The translations under genes were made by a program, and so were the position numbers. This document shows, piece by piece, positions 33,889-41,638 of a DNA stretch of 64,000 nucleotides; positions within the stretch are counted from its first letter, which is position 1; each line of letters starts with the position of its first letter. The stretch comes from Myxococcota bacterium (GTDB taxonomy: Bacteria; Myxococcota; Kuafuiibacteriia; Kuafuiibacteriales; Kuafuiibacteriaceae): the NCBI GenBank assembly GCA_050331295.1, contig JBHJGZ010000009.1, positions 279,950 through 343,949 of the forward strand, read 5' to 3'. Under the pieces are notes generated by a model that saw nothing but the letters and a program-made list of their open reading frames with translations, had not been told where the DNA came from and searched no databases.

Positions 33889-34290
33889 TCAGGAGCCTTC
33901 GCCCAGGAGGGCATCTACGGTTTGCTGGTCCGCACCTGGGAATTCATAGTCATCCAGCTCGCTCGGGTGGACCCAACGCACATCGTGTACACCGATCGTC
34001 TGGATCCGTTCGGGTGACGTGAGAAGGCGGCAGCGATAGACGCGAAAGTCGATGATGTAGGCAGCGTACTCGTGGGTGACGGCGACCGATGGCTCCTCCA
34101 CGTCGACCTCGATACCCATCTCTTCCCGGAGCTCTCGAGCCAAAGCCTCTTGGTCGGACTCGCCAGTTTCGACGCGGCCTCCAGGAAACTCCCAAAGCAG
34201 GGGCAGGGAACTCGTCGGCTTGCGCTGAGTGATGAGATATCGACCGCGCTGTTCGATCTGAGCGGCCACGACACGGATTTTCTTCTTCAC
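33889..34290 (-). CDS. mutT: NUDIX hydrolase (MutT-like nucleoside triphosphate pyrophosphohydrolase)
   Basis: 133 aa. Nudix box WEFPGGRVETGESDQEALARELREEMGI. The symbol is tentative. Confidence 0.82.
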   Translation of the reverse strand: MKKKIRVVAAQIEQRGRYLITQRKPTSSLPLLWEFPGGRVETGESDQEALARELREEMGIEVDVEEPSVAVTHEYAAYIIDFRVYRCRLLTSPERIQTIGVHDVRWVHPSELDDYEFPGADQQTVDALLGEGS

Positions 34291-34291
34291 G

Positions 34292-35530
34292 TCAAGACTC
34301 GTAGAAGTGTCTCAAGGCCAAACGCATGCCGCGGATGGCGTGACACCCGTCTCCGATGAGGTCGTAGTACGTTTGTGGCGCCTGTTTGCGTAGCTGTTTT
34401 TGCCTTGCGTAGACGGTCTCGAGGTCGACCAGGGTGTCCACCAGGTCCGCGGCCACCTGTCGCACCCGGGTTTCAGCGAGATCCTCTGGTCCGATGAGGC
34501 CCCACTCGGCCGCGAGGCCGAGGGTCTCGAGCAGGTGTCCGTAGAACTTCAGCTCTTGGACCTTGATCGGCAGGCGGTAATCGGGGTGGCTGGCCCGGGC
34601 TCGACGGTAAATGGCGCGTTCAGCATCGAAACGAAACAAGAGGAGCTCGAGCTGGCCTCGAAGGGTTGGTCGGAGGTCCTCATTGCCCTTCAAGGCCGCC
34701 GCGCGTGCCACCGCCTGAATGAAGTGCAGGCCGCCACAGGTGTGGGCAAAAATGTCTTGTCTCCGCTTTTCGACGTCTTGGGGTCGCCCCGCCGAAGCAG
34801 GCCCTTCGAGAAACGCTTGGAGGCGAAGCAGTGCCTCGCTCGCCCGCCGGCTGAGCTGACGAAGGGCCACACTCCCGCTCTCAGACGATCCGTCGCGGTT
34901 TGCGCGGGCCTGCGCCATGACGAACACGTCCAGCGTCCAAGCCTGACGGGCCCAGGCATGGGCAGACGGGGGCTCCGAAAACGATTGCTCCGCCGACCGG
35001 ATGAGCTCCGCCAAAACAACGGTTTGTCCATCGACTTCGAATCGGTGATCCATCGACAGACCGGAATCCAGGAGGGTCTTGAGTATCAGATTCTCGTGGG
35101 GCTCCACCGGAGTCCCCCGCTTGGTTCGGGTAGGAAAGGCCCAGCCGTTGGGCTCGTCGATCTTCCGCAGGTGGTCGGCGACGATGACATCTGCGGCCAG
35201 GCGGCCGTCGGATGCCCGGAGTTCCGGACCAAAGGCCAACAGACCGTGGGCCAGGGCCCACGGTTCATCGGCCCGGCTCGCCCCTTCGCGAACCCATGAC
35301 TGCAGGCGGGCCGAAGCGGCTCGGAGCTCCTTGGCGCTGGCCTCGCGAAAGGGCAGAGGGGGGGAGCCGGGACGAGAGATGAGTGACCGGTGAGGAGTCG
35401 GCCCGGTCCTTTCTTCCGCTTGCTCTGAAGCTGGACTCGCCGCATCTGGGCGACAACCCGATCCCGCCAACGCGATGCCCATCATCGCGCCTGTCACCAG
35501 GGTAGAGCGCAGCACCGCTTTCGTCACCAA
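34292..35530 (-). CDS. hypothetical lipoprotein
   Basis: 412 aa. MVTKAVLRSTLVTGAMMGIALAGSGC (lipobox). Its stop is 1 nt from the mutT-like start, suggesting an operon. No family recognised. Confidence 0.6.
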   Translation of the reverse strand: MVTKAVLRSTLVTGAMMGIALAGSGCRPDAASPASEQAEERTGPTPHRSLISRPGSPPLPFREASAKELRAASARLQSWVREGASRADEPWALAHGLLAFGPELRASDGRLAADVIVADHLRKIDEPNGWAFPTRTKRGTPVEPHENLILKTLLDSGLSMDHRFEVDGQTVVLAELIRSAEQSFSEPPSAHAWARQAWTLDVFVMAQARANRDGSSESGSVALRQLSRRASEALLRLQAFLEGPASAGRPQDVEKRRQDIFAHTCGGLHFIQAVARAAALKGNEDLRPTLRGQLELLLFRFDAERAIYRRARASHPDYRLPIKVQELKFYGHLLETLGLAAEWGLIGPEDLAETRVRQVAADLVDTLVDLETVYARQKQLRKQAPQTYYDLIGDGCHAIRGMRLALRHFYES

Positions 35531-35633
35531 CGGCTCCCGGGCAAAGGATTCGGTCTTGGCGATTCGCTGGCCAGCAAAAAAAGGTCCGCCTTCCGGTCTT
35601 GCGACCCGGTCACCGGCCGTGCGCGCCTATTCC

Positions 35634-35662
35634 TTGACCGCGACGGTGGCCCTCAATACGAC
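35634..35662 (+). promoter_or_regulatory. candidate sigma-70-type promoter of tRNA-Lys
   Basis: TTGACC at 35634-35639, 17-nt spacer, weak -10 TACGAC at 35657-35662, about 10 nt before the mature tRNA 5' end. Motif match only. Confidence 0.3.
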
Positions 35663-35672
35663 ATCCGGCCCG

Positions 35673-35745
35673 GGGCCTTTAGCTCAGTCGGTAGAGCAGG
35701 GGATTTTTAATCCCAAGGTCGGGGGTTCGCGCCCCCCAGGGCCCA
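35673..35745 (+). tRNA. tRNA-Lys (anticodon UUU)
   Basis: Folded by hand. Acceptor GGGCCTT/AGGGCCC. D arm GCTC-AGTCGGTA-GAGC. Anticodon arm GGGGA-TTTTTAA-TCCCA (one 27:43 mismatch) with TTT at positions 34-36. Variable loop AGGTC. T arm GGGGG-TTCGCGC-CCCCC. Discriminator A. CCA is not encoded. Confidence 0.9.
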
Positions 35746-35780
35746 ACCGCTTGAACCGGTTGGCTTGAATCGGATTGAAC

Positions 35781-35800
35781 GGGTTGGCGGCCGCCAACCC
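35781..35800 (+). terminator. perfect 20-bp palindrome GGGTTGGCGGCCGCCAACCC 36 nt downstream of tRNA-Lys (terminator/processing hairpin candidate)
   Basis: Read directly. Preceded by three imperfect direct copies of TTGAAyCGG(TTGG) at 35751-35788. No U-tract follows. Confidence 0.4.
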
Positions 35801-35934
35801 GCGACGGTTCCTCGTCCATCCGCCAGCGGCTTCCATTCCTCGTTTTGGACTTCATTTAGACTTGCCCGGTGCGTCTCGCCCGGAGAAGGGGCCTTCGCCC
35901 GCATCTGGGCAAAGGACATCACCAGGAGAATCCC

Positions 35935-36399
35935 ATGACACATCGATTTGCTCTCGTCGCTGCTCTCACCCTCGCCGGCTGCGCGTCTGGAGGCTCGCCC
36001 TCCGGACCGACCAGCGCACCCGGCAGTCAAGCTGCCAACGTCGCCCTCGACGGCTATTGCCCCGTGGCCTACATCGAGGCCGGAAAGGCCGTCAAAGGTG
36101 ATCCTGCCCACCAAACCGCGCATGATGGAAAGACCTACTATTTCGCCAGCGCCGACGCGAAAGGCCTCTATGACGCTGATCCTGGAAAGTACCAGGTCGG
36201 CTACGAAGGCTGGTGCGCAACCGCAGTTGCATACAACAAAAAGGTTCCGGGCGACCCCACCATCTTCAGTGTGTTCGAAGGAGAAACATATCTTTTCGCC
36301 AACGAAGGCGCCAAGAAGACGTGGGACAAGAATCCCGCCGAGCTGAAAGCTAAGGCCGACTCGAATTGGCCGAGCCTTTCGGGTTACGCCTCCCGATAG
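35935..36399 (+). CDS. YHS-domain lipoprotein
   Basis: Track ORF 35869-36399. ATG 35935 is preceded by AGGAGA (35924-35929). MTHRFALVAALTLAGC lipobox. LDGYCPVAYIEAGKAVKGDP...GKTYYFASADAKGLYDADPGKY and GWCATAVAYNKKVPGDP...GETYLFANEGAKKTWDKNP match the duplicated YHS-type pattern as I remember it. Confidence 0.72.
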   Translation: MTHRFALVAALTLAGCASGGSPSGPTSAPGSQAANVALDGYCPVAYIEAGKAVKGDPAHQTAHDGKTYYFASADAKGLYDADPGKYQVGYEGWCATAVAYNKKVPGDPTIFSVFEGETYLFANEGAKKTWDKNPAELKAKADSNWPSLSGYASR

Positions 36400-36412
36400 A
36401 CGTGTCATCAGG

Positions 36413-36445
36413 GCATTCGAGCCCTGAATCTTTGGGCTCGAATGC
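36413..36445. terminator. perfect 12-bp stem / 9-nt loop hairpin between convergent genes
   Basis: GCATTCGAGCCC (36413-36424), loop tgaatcttt, GGGCTCGAATGC (36434-36445). It lies between the stops at 36399 (plus) and 36466 (minus). No clear U-tract on either side. Confidence 0.5.
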
Positions 36446-36465
36446 TCGCTCGCGTCGGGGCGAAG

Positions 36466-37206
36466 TCAAGGCAGCCTGAGGCCCGTGCTGACCGCAACTC
36501 CGATTCGGTCCAGGTCCAAGTCGGACGGATTGAGGACCTCCGGCACCGATGTTTCGAGGCTACCCCAAAAATAGTGGGTGTACCGGCCCTCGACCGCAAT
36601 GGTCCACGCTCCGTTGAACCATCCTTGGAAGGGTACTTCAGTTCTCAGACCCATGCTTCCGCCGAGAGCGAAGGCTTCGCGGGCGGTGCGGGTCGGAGGC
36701 GTGACGGGCGGGGCTCCGGGTGCCGGTGGCGCCAGGGAAGGATTGGCCACGTTGACGACAGACAGCGCGTACGCTCCGTGGAGACCGATGGTGGGCCGGA
36801 CGCCGAAGAACTCGAACGGATGGAAGCGGATGCCAAGCCCCACGTCATAGTCGAATGAGCTCGAGATCTCTTCCTCATCGGTCAAGGCGCTCTCGACCAA
36901 ATCTTCGTTGATGCCGCCCGCGAAGCGAAACGAAAGAAAGGGCGCGAGCTCGATGGACCGGAGGTACTCAAAGACGAAAGGTTCCACGAAAAATGAGAGG
37001 TTGGGGTCGTATTCCGTCTCTCCTCCAGGAGCGGTGACGCCGCTCCCCACCACACCTTGACCCAGCAGACCAATCTGGACCCCCCAACGAATTCGGCTCG
37101 GCACGGAGCGCGAGACGGAGAGCGCCGGTTCTCGCGCTTGGTCCACGCTGGGGGGTGTTGCCGGCACACCCAGCGTGAAGAACAAGACGGTGAGCCCGGT
37201 CCACAT
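36466..37206 (-). CDS. hypothetical secreted protein, possible outer-membrane beta-barrel
   Basis: 246 aa. N-terminal signal-like MWTGLTVLFFTLGVPA. Gly/aromatic-rich alternating segments. No family recognised. Confidence 0.45.
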   Translation of the reverse strand: MWTGLTVLFFTLGVPATPPSVDQAREPALSVSRSVPSRIRWGVQIGLLGQGVVGSGVTAPGGETEYDPNLSFFVEPFVFEYLRSIELAPFLSFRFAGGINEDLVESALTDEEEISSSFDYDVGLGIRFHPFEFFGVRPTIGLHGAYALSVVNVANPSLAPPAPGAPPVTPPTRTAREAFALGGSMGLRTEVPFQGWFNGAWTIAVEGRYTHYFWGSLETSVPEVLNPSDLDLDRIGVAVSTGLRLP

Positions 37207-37293
37207 GCGTGACTTCCTGCCTAAACACTTCTCCGGCCGGAAGGAAGCGTGAAATCCGATGGGTGAGGCCGACCGGAAAGAGCCGGGGCAGAG

Positions 37294-38328
37294 CTAGCGG
37301 CGGCGGACCCGGTCTCTCCATCGTGCGATGTCCAAGAGCTCTTTGGGCAGGCTGACTTTCAGGATCTTGGGGACGACTGTGGGCGTGGCCACGCGGTGAA
37401 GGTCCGACAGTTCGACCATTCTGGCGCCTGAAGGAACGTTCATACTTCCGTATCGAACCCGCAAGCTGAGGGTTCGGTGCGTGAGGCGATGCTCGACCCG
37501 GGCCACGAAGTCGTTCGAGGATAGATCATGGTTCGGGCGCTCGAGGGGGACACACCACATTTCGGGAAAGAGTCCGTTGGCGCTGCCCTTCACCAGGGCG
37601 ATCCGCGTCTTCTCGAGGAATATTACGGCATCGAACTCGAGCAGTTGGGCTGGTTTGCGGGTTTTCGGAGGAGGGATCGAGTCCTGGATACCTTGTCGAC
37701 GTGCCTCACAGTCTTCGTGGAGCGGGCAGACCAGACAACGTGGATTGCGCGGTATACACACCGTCGCTCCCAGCTCCATCAGCGCTTCGTTGGTTCGGCC
37801 CGGGCTCGGTCCATCGACCCAGGAGTTCGCTTCTTCCCGGATCCTCCGAGATCGAGCTCTGCCTTTGATGTCGCCCTCGAGGGCCAGCAGCCGACTGACG
37901 ACGCGTTCGACGTTTCCATCTACGGCCGCCACCGGGAGCCCGAAGGCGAGGCTGGCGACGGCCCCCACGGTGTATGGACCGAATCCGGGAAGCTCCGCCA
38001 GCTGCGTCGGATCGGTCGGAAAGCGTCCCCCGTGACGTTCACCGATAACTTTGGCGCACCGGAGCATGAGCTGGGCCCGCCGATAGTAGCCCAAGCCGCT
38101 CCAAAAAGAGCGCACCTCATCGGGCTCTGCATCGGCCAAACTCTTCAGGTCGGGAAATCGGTCGACGAATCTTTGGTAGTACGGGATCACCGTTTCCGCA
38201 CGGGTCTGCTGCAGCATGATTTCCGATACCCAGATGCGGTAGGGATCGTCGGTTTGGCGCCAGGGAAGACGGCGGCGCACCCTGACGAACCATTCGTGGA
38301 GACGGCGACGCCCCTCCGCTCGTCCCAT
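37294..38328 (-). CDS. mutY: A/G-specific adenine DNA glycosylase MutY
   Basis: Track ORF 37294-38466. ATG 38328 gives about 20 aa before LPWRQT, as in E. coli MutY. WVSEIMLQQTRAETVIPYYQRF, GLGYYRRA, and the 4Fe-4S cluster CIPRNPRCLVCPLHEDC (Cx6Cx2Cx5C). C-terminal NUDIX-like domain. Confidence 0.9.
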   Translation of the reverse strand: MGRAEGRRRLHEWFVRVRRRLPWRQTDDPYRIWVSEIMLQQTRAETVIPYYQRFVDRFPDLKSLADAEPDEVRSFWSGLGYYRRAQLMLRCAKVIGERHGGRFPTDPTQLAELPGFGPYTVGAVASLAFGLPVAAVDGNVERVVSRLLALEGDIKGRARSRRIREEANSWVDGPSPGRTNEALMELGATVCIPRNPRCLVCPLHEDCEARRQGIQDSIPPPKTRKPAQLLEFDAVIFLEKTRIALVKGSANGLFPEMWCVPLERPNHDLSSNDFVARVEHRLTHRTLSLRVRYGSMNVPSGARMVELSDLHRVATPTVVPKILKVSLPKELLDIARWRDRVRRR

Positions 38329-38502
38329 TCCATGCCCTTGCGCCACAGCGACGGGTTGGAGGCAAGTCATGGACCGTCGATGGGCCGCGAGATGCTCGTG
38401 GGCCTCAGATAGTTGCGCGGGTCTCGGCCCATGGTACATTCCGCAGCGTCGGGGGCAGCCCCGCATGAAGCGCAGCCGGCGCGACCAGGAGGTTCACCCG
38501 AA

Positions 38503-38982
38503 ATGATGTCGCAGATGGTGATGTACGACGAGGAAGCGCGTCGCATCACGGCGGTCTGCGATAAGCTGTGTCGAGATGCGAACGCGCGTGTTGTATTCGT
38601 CATCGATAAGAACGGCCAGCTCATCGCGTCGAGCGGCGAAGCCGACAAACTGGACGGCACGTCCCTCGCGTCCCTCGTCGCCGGGGAGATCGCAGCTACT
38701 GGAGGCCTCGCCAAACTCATGGGCGAGAAGGAGTTCAGCACCCTTTTTCACGAGGGCGAAAAGGACCACCTTCACATATCCCTGGTCGCAGGGCGCGTGA
38801 TCCTGGTGGTGATCTTTGACAGTCGTTCGAGCTTGGGGCTCGTCCGTCTTCGAGTGAAGAAGGGTTCAGAGGAACTCAACAAGGTCTTCGACGCAGTGCT
38901 GGAGAAGAGCCAGACACGAGGTCAAGAATCTCCTTTCGCCGAAATCACCGATGATGACATCGACAAGCTCTTTTCAACCTGA
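38503..38982 (+). CDS. mglB: MglB, Roadblock/LC7-family GTPase-activating protein of MglA
   Basis: Track ORF 38413-38982. ATG 38503 is preceded by AGGAGG (38487-38492). Immediately upstream of mglA (11-nt gap). Roadblock-like core [20 protein letters not shown]...[20 protein letters not shown]. Confidence 0.85.
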   Translation: MMSQMVMYDEEARRITAVCDKLCRDANARVVFVIDKNGQLIASSGEADKLDGTSLASLVAGEIAATGGLAKLMGEKEFSTLFHEGEKDHLHISLVAGRVILVVIFDSRSSLGLVRLRVKKGSEELNKVFDAVLEKSQTRGQESPFAEITDDDIDKLFST

Positions 38983-38993
38983 GGGTCCGGACC

Positions 38994-39581
38994 GTGCCGT
39001 TTATCAACTACTCATCAAGAGAGATTAACTGCAAAATAGTGTACTACGGACCTGGCTTATGTGGAAAGACCACGAATCTTCAATATATTTACAATAAGAC
39101 CAGTCCTCAAGCGAAAGGGAAGATGATTTCTCTGGCAACCGAGACCGAGCGCACCTTGTTCTTTGACTTCCTCCCTCTTTCCTTGGGCGAGATCCGAGGC
39201 TTTCGAACACGATTCCACCTCTATACGGTGCCTGGACAGGTCTTCTACAACGCGAGCCGGAAGCTCATATTGAAAGGAGTCGACGGTGTGGTGTTCGTAG
39301 CCGACAGTCAGATGGAGCGTATGGAGGCCAATCAAGAGTCGATTGAGAATCTACGAGAGAACCTTAAAGAACAGGCTTATGACATCGAGAAGATTCCGTT
39401 GGTCATGCAGTACAACAAGCGAGACCTGCCCAACGCGGCTTCGATCGAAGAACTATCGGCGTCCATCAACGCCCTTCGTAGACCTGAGTTTGAAGCCACG
39501 GCGACCCGGGGCATCGGTGTCTTCGACAGCTTGAAGGAGGTCGCCAAGCTCGTCCTGCAGGAGCTCAAGAAGGGGAAGTAG
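38994..39581 (+). CDS. mglA: MglA, Ras-like small GTPase controlling cell polarity/motility
   Basis: 195 aa, GTG start. [58 protein letters not shown]. Near-identical to M. xanthus MglA as I remember it. Confidence 0.95.
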   Translation: MPFINYSSREINCKIVYYGPGLCGKTTNLQYIYNKTSPQAKGKMISLATETERTLFFDFLPLSLGEIRGFRTRFHLYTVPGQVFYNASRKLILKGVDGVVFVADSQMERMEANQESIENLRENLKEQAYDIEKIPLVMQYNKRDLPNAASIEELSASINALRRPEFEATATRGIGVFDSLKEVAKLVLQELKKGK

Positions 39582-39587
39582 CGCCCC

Positions 39588-39854
39588 TCAGGACCCAGGC
39601 CACTGACTGGGATGTACGATCACGGTTGAATCCTGTCGAAATGGTGTCACGTAGTACGTTTCCGTGTCTTGAGACGGATGCTGCACCAGCCGGCAGGCGC
39701 GGAAACGACCTTCGGAATCGTCCTCGCGCTTGAATCGAGTGAAGTACACTCGGTGCGAAGCCTCTTCGATTCGTTCGACGCGCATCAGCGTACATGCCTC
39801 GGAAACGGACGGCATGGCCCAAAACGTCAGCGCCCAGATCGCAGTCCAGAACAT
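39588..39854 (-). CDS. hypothetical small secreted protein
   Basis: 88 aa. Signal-like MFWTAIWALTFWAMPSVSEA. Supported only by ORF length and the signal peptide. Confidence 0.35.
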   Translation of the reverse strand: MFWTAIWALTFWAMPSVSEACTLMRVERIEEASHRVYFTRFKREDDSEGRFRACRLVQHPSQDTETYYVTPFRQDSTVIVHPSQWPGS

Positions 39855-39956
39855 GAATGAACAGCTACCATGGGCGTTTCATAATGAAGCAAGCAGCCTA
39901 TGTATGACAGGCGCGCAGGCCGCGTTGACGAGAATCACGAAGCAGGTTCCGCCTGC

Positions 39957-40388
39957 TCATCGAGACTCCCAGAAGTCCATCACGATGAACTTGGGCGGCC
40001 GCACCTTTTCGATCGAACCCCGAATGACGTAGCGCTTCCCAGGAACGAACGGGTGACACACGATCTGGTTGAGAGGCCCCTCACACGCGATCGGTCTTCC
40101 GTTTTGGACTCCACCCAAGATCAGAGGCCAATCGTCGGCTCCCGAGTCCTTCTGGTCGGACACGACGACCAAGGGGCCGCGGCAGTATTGACAGTCTCGG
40201 CAGTAGGTCTTGAAGACCCCATCCTGAACGGCTCGACAGCGCGCTCCCGACTTGAGTTCGACCTCCATCACGAGCTTCCGACCAAGATATTCATCCAGCT
40301 TGCTCAGAACTTCCTCGGTCGTGTGGACCTTCGGGGAACATGCCAAGAGCGTGCAACACAACACCCAAGACAGACCATCGCGTCTCAT
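39957..40388 (-). CDS. hypothetical Cys-rich lipoprotein (CxxCxxC)
   Basis: 143 aa. MRRDGLSWVLCCTLLAC lipobox. The mature part has six Cys, including YCRDCQYC (nt 40182-40202). Confidence 0.5.
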   Translation of the reverse strand: MRRDGLSWVLCCTLLACSPKVHTTEEVLSKLDEYLGRKLVMEVELKSGARCRAVQDGVFKTYCRDCQYCRGPLVVVSDQKDSGADDWPLILGGVQNGRPIACEGPLNQIVCHPFVPGKRYVIRGSIEKVRPPKFIVMDFWESR

Positions 40389-40412
40389 CCGAAGCCAAAC
40401 GTGGACGAGACT

Positions 40413-41597
40413 TCAGTTTTTTCCAACAAAGGGAGGGCCGAAAATGAGATGTCCAAACCGACCGACGGTGTGAAAGTCGCCCACCAAGGGCGGGGACCAT
40501 GCAAGATAGGCATCAGGAAGTCCGGACGACCGATCGATCCGAAAGAAGTTTGCGCGCCAAACGTCGCCCGACCGGGGCAGCTCCCCGGGAACGAGGGAGG
40601 ACCACTGAATCGCCCACTCGCTTACCCACTTGCTGTCTGGTTTTTGGTCGTTCAGGCTCCCATCAACCGTCGTTCCCACCTGAACGTCCGCGTCGAAGCG
40701 AAGGTTCATCCCGCGTCTCGCGCCACTGAATGCAGCGTCGAAGAGCGCACCGGCCGGCGAAGCCTGGAGTTCGAAGTAGGGCCCGATGGCGTGACCGCGC
40801 CGACCGGGCATGAGGAAGGCTTCTACGGCCTCCACACGATAGATGGGCCTGTCTCGGCCCCGATACCGGTTCCTGATGTCGGGGTCGTCGCATTCGAAAG
40901 CAAGATAGAGGGCACGGTGGTCATACGCGGCTCGCACTCGGGTGGCCCTGTCTGACGGGACCTCGCCTCTCAAGCTGGTGAACAACCGAGCGGCCCGCGC
41001 GCGGGTCCATACGGACTCGTCGAGCTTTCCGTTGACGCGAATGCTCGACGTCGCGGTCACGACCTCCAAGACGGGCAGGGACCGCCGAAGAAGATCGTCT
41101 TCGAGGACGACGACTCGCCATCGAGTGGCGCCCCGTCTCTCGGCGGGTGGCGCTTCGACTGCGAATGCTCGGCCGGAGGGGTCGGAGAGTTCTAGAAGGG
41201 CATCCGTTGGGCTCTCTGTAAGCTGGAAGGTGAATCGAACCTCCGTCGCCAAGGGCTGAACTCCCACCGCTCGAACTCCGAGCGTATCGTGCAGAAAGAG
41301 CTCTACGGTTCCCTCCTGCAGAGCCGCTTCAGCTTCACCCTCAAATCGTAACGAGATTCGAAAGTTTCGCCCGGGCCCCTGGAGACGGACGCCTTCGACC
41401 ATCCGGGTCCGGAGACGTCGACCATCGGGGGACACGAAGACTGTCGAATGCGACGAACCATCATTCATCGTCCGCCGTTCCGTATCTGGGCCCGGACACG
41501 CTACCCCGAGCGCGAGCAACCACCCTGTCAGGGCCAGTCGGATGACACGCACATCGTCCCCCTTTCGTTTCCCGATACGCCACGCCATCATGGACAT
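40413..41597 (-). CDS. secreted carbohydrate-binding family 9 (CBM9/DOMON)-like protein
   Basis: 394 aa. Signal/lipobox LLALGVAC. The C-terminal half VNGKLDESVWTRA...AAYDHRALYLAFECDD...VEAFL...YFELQASPAG...GDVWRANFFRIDR resembles CBM9-like domains (from memory). Confidence 0.55.
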   Translation of the reverse strand: MSMMAWRIGKRKGDDVRVIRLALTGWLLALGVACPGPDTERRTMNDGSSHSTVFVSPDGRRLRTRMVEGVRLQGPGRNFRISLRFEGEAEAALQEGTVELFLHDTLGVRAVGVQPLATEVRFTFQLTESPTDALLELSDPSGRAFAVEAPPAERRGATRWRVVVLEDDLLRRSLPVLEVVTATSSIRVNGKLDESVWTRARAARLFTSLRGEVPSDRATRVRAAYDHRALYLAFECDDPDIRNRYRGRDRPIYRVEAVEAFLMPGRRGHAIGPYFELQASPAGALFDAAFSGARRGMNLRFDADVQVGTTVDGSLNDQKPDSKWVSEWAIQWSSLVPGELPRSGDVWRANFFRIDRSSGLPDAYLAWSPPLVGDFHTVGRFGHLIFGPPFVGKN

Positions 41598-41638
41598 CCG
41601 CGGGTCTTGCGGATTGTGCGCCGAAGCTCGTCCCAGAA

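Noticed and set aside
35673-37206. tRNA-Lys as the attachment site of a genomic island
   Set aside because: No integrase or recombinase is adjacent. I could not find a direct repeat of the tRNA 3' end downstream. The downstream genes (YHS lipoprotein, beta-barrel-like protein, mutY, mglBA) look like core genome.
39900-40955. 351-aa plus-strand ORF spanning the region of three minus-strand ORFs
   Set aside because: It has no signal, motif or plausible start context. The minus-strand ORFs each begin with a signal peptide or lipobox, and one has CBM9-like motifs. This call still deserves a frame-plot check.
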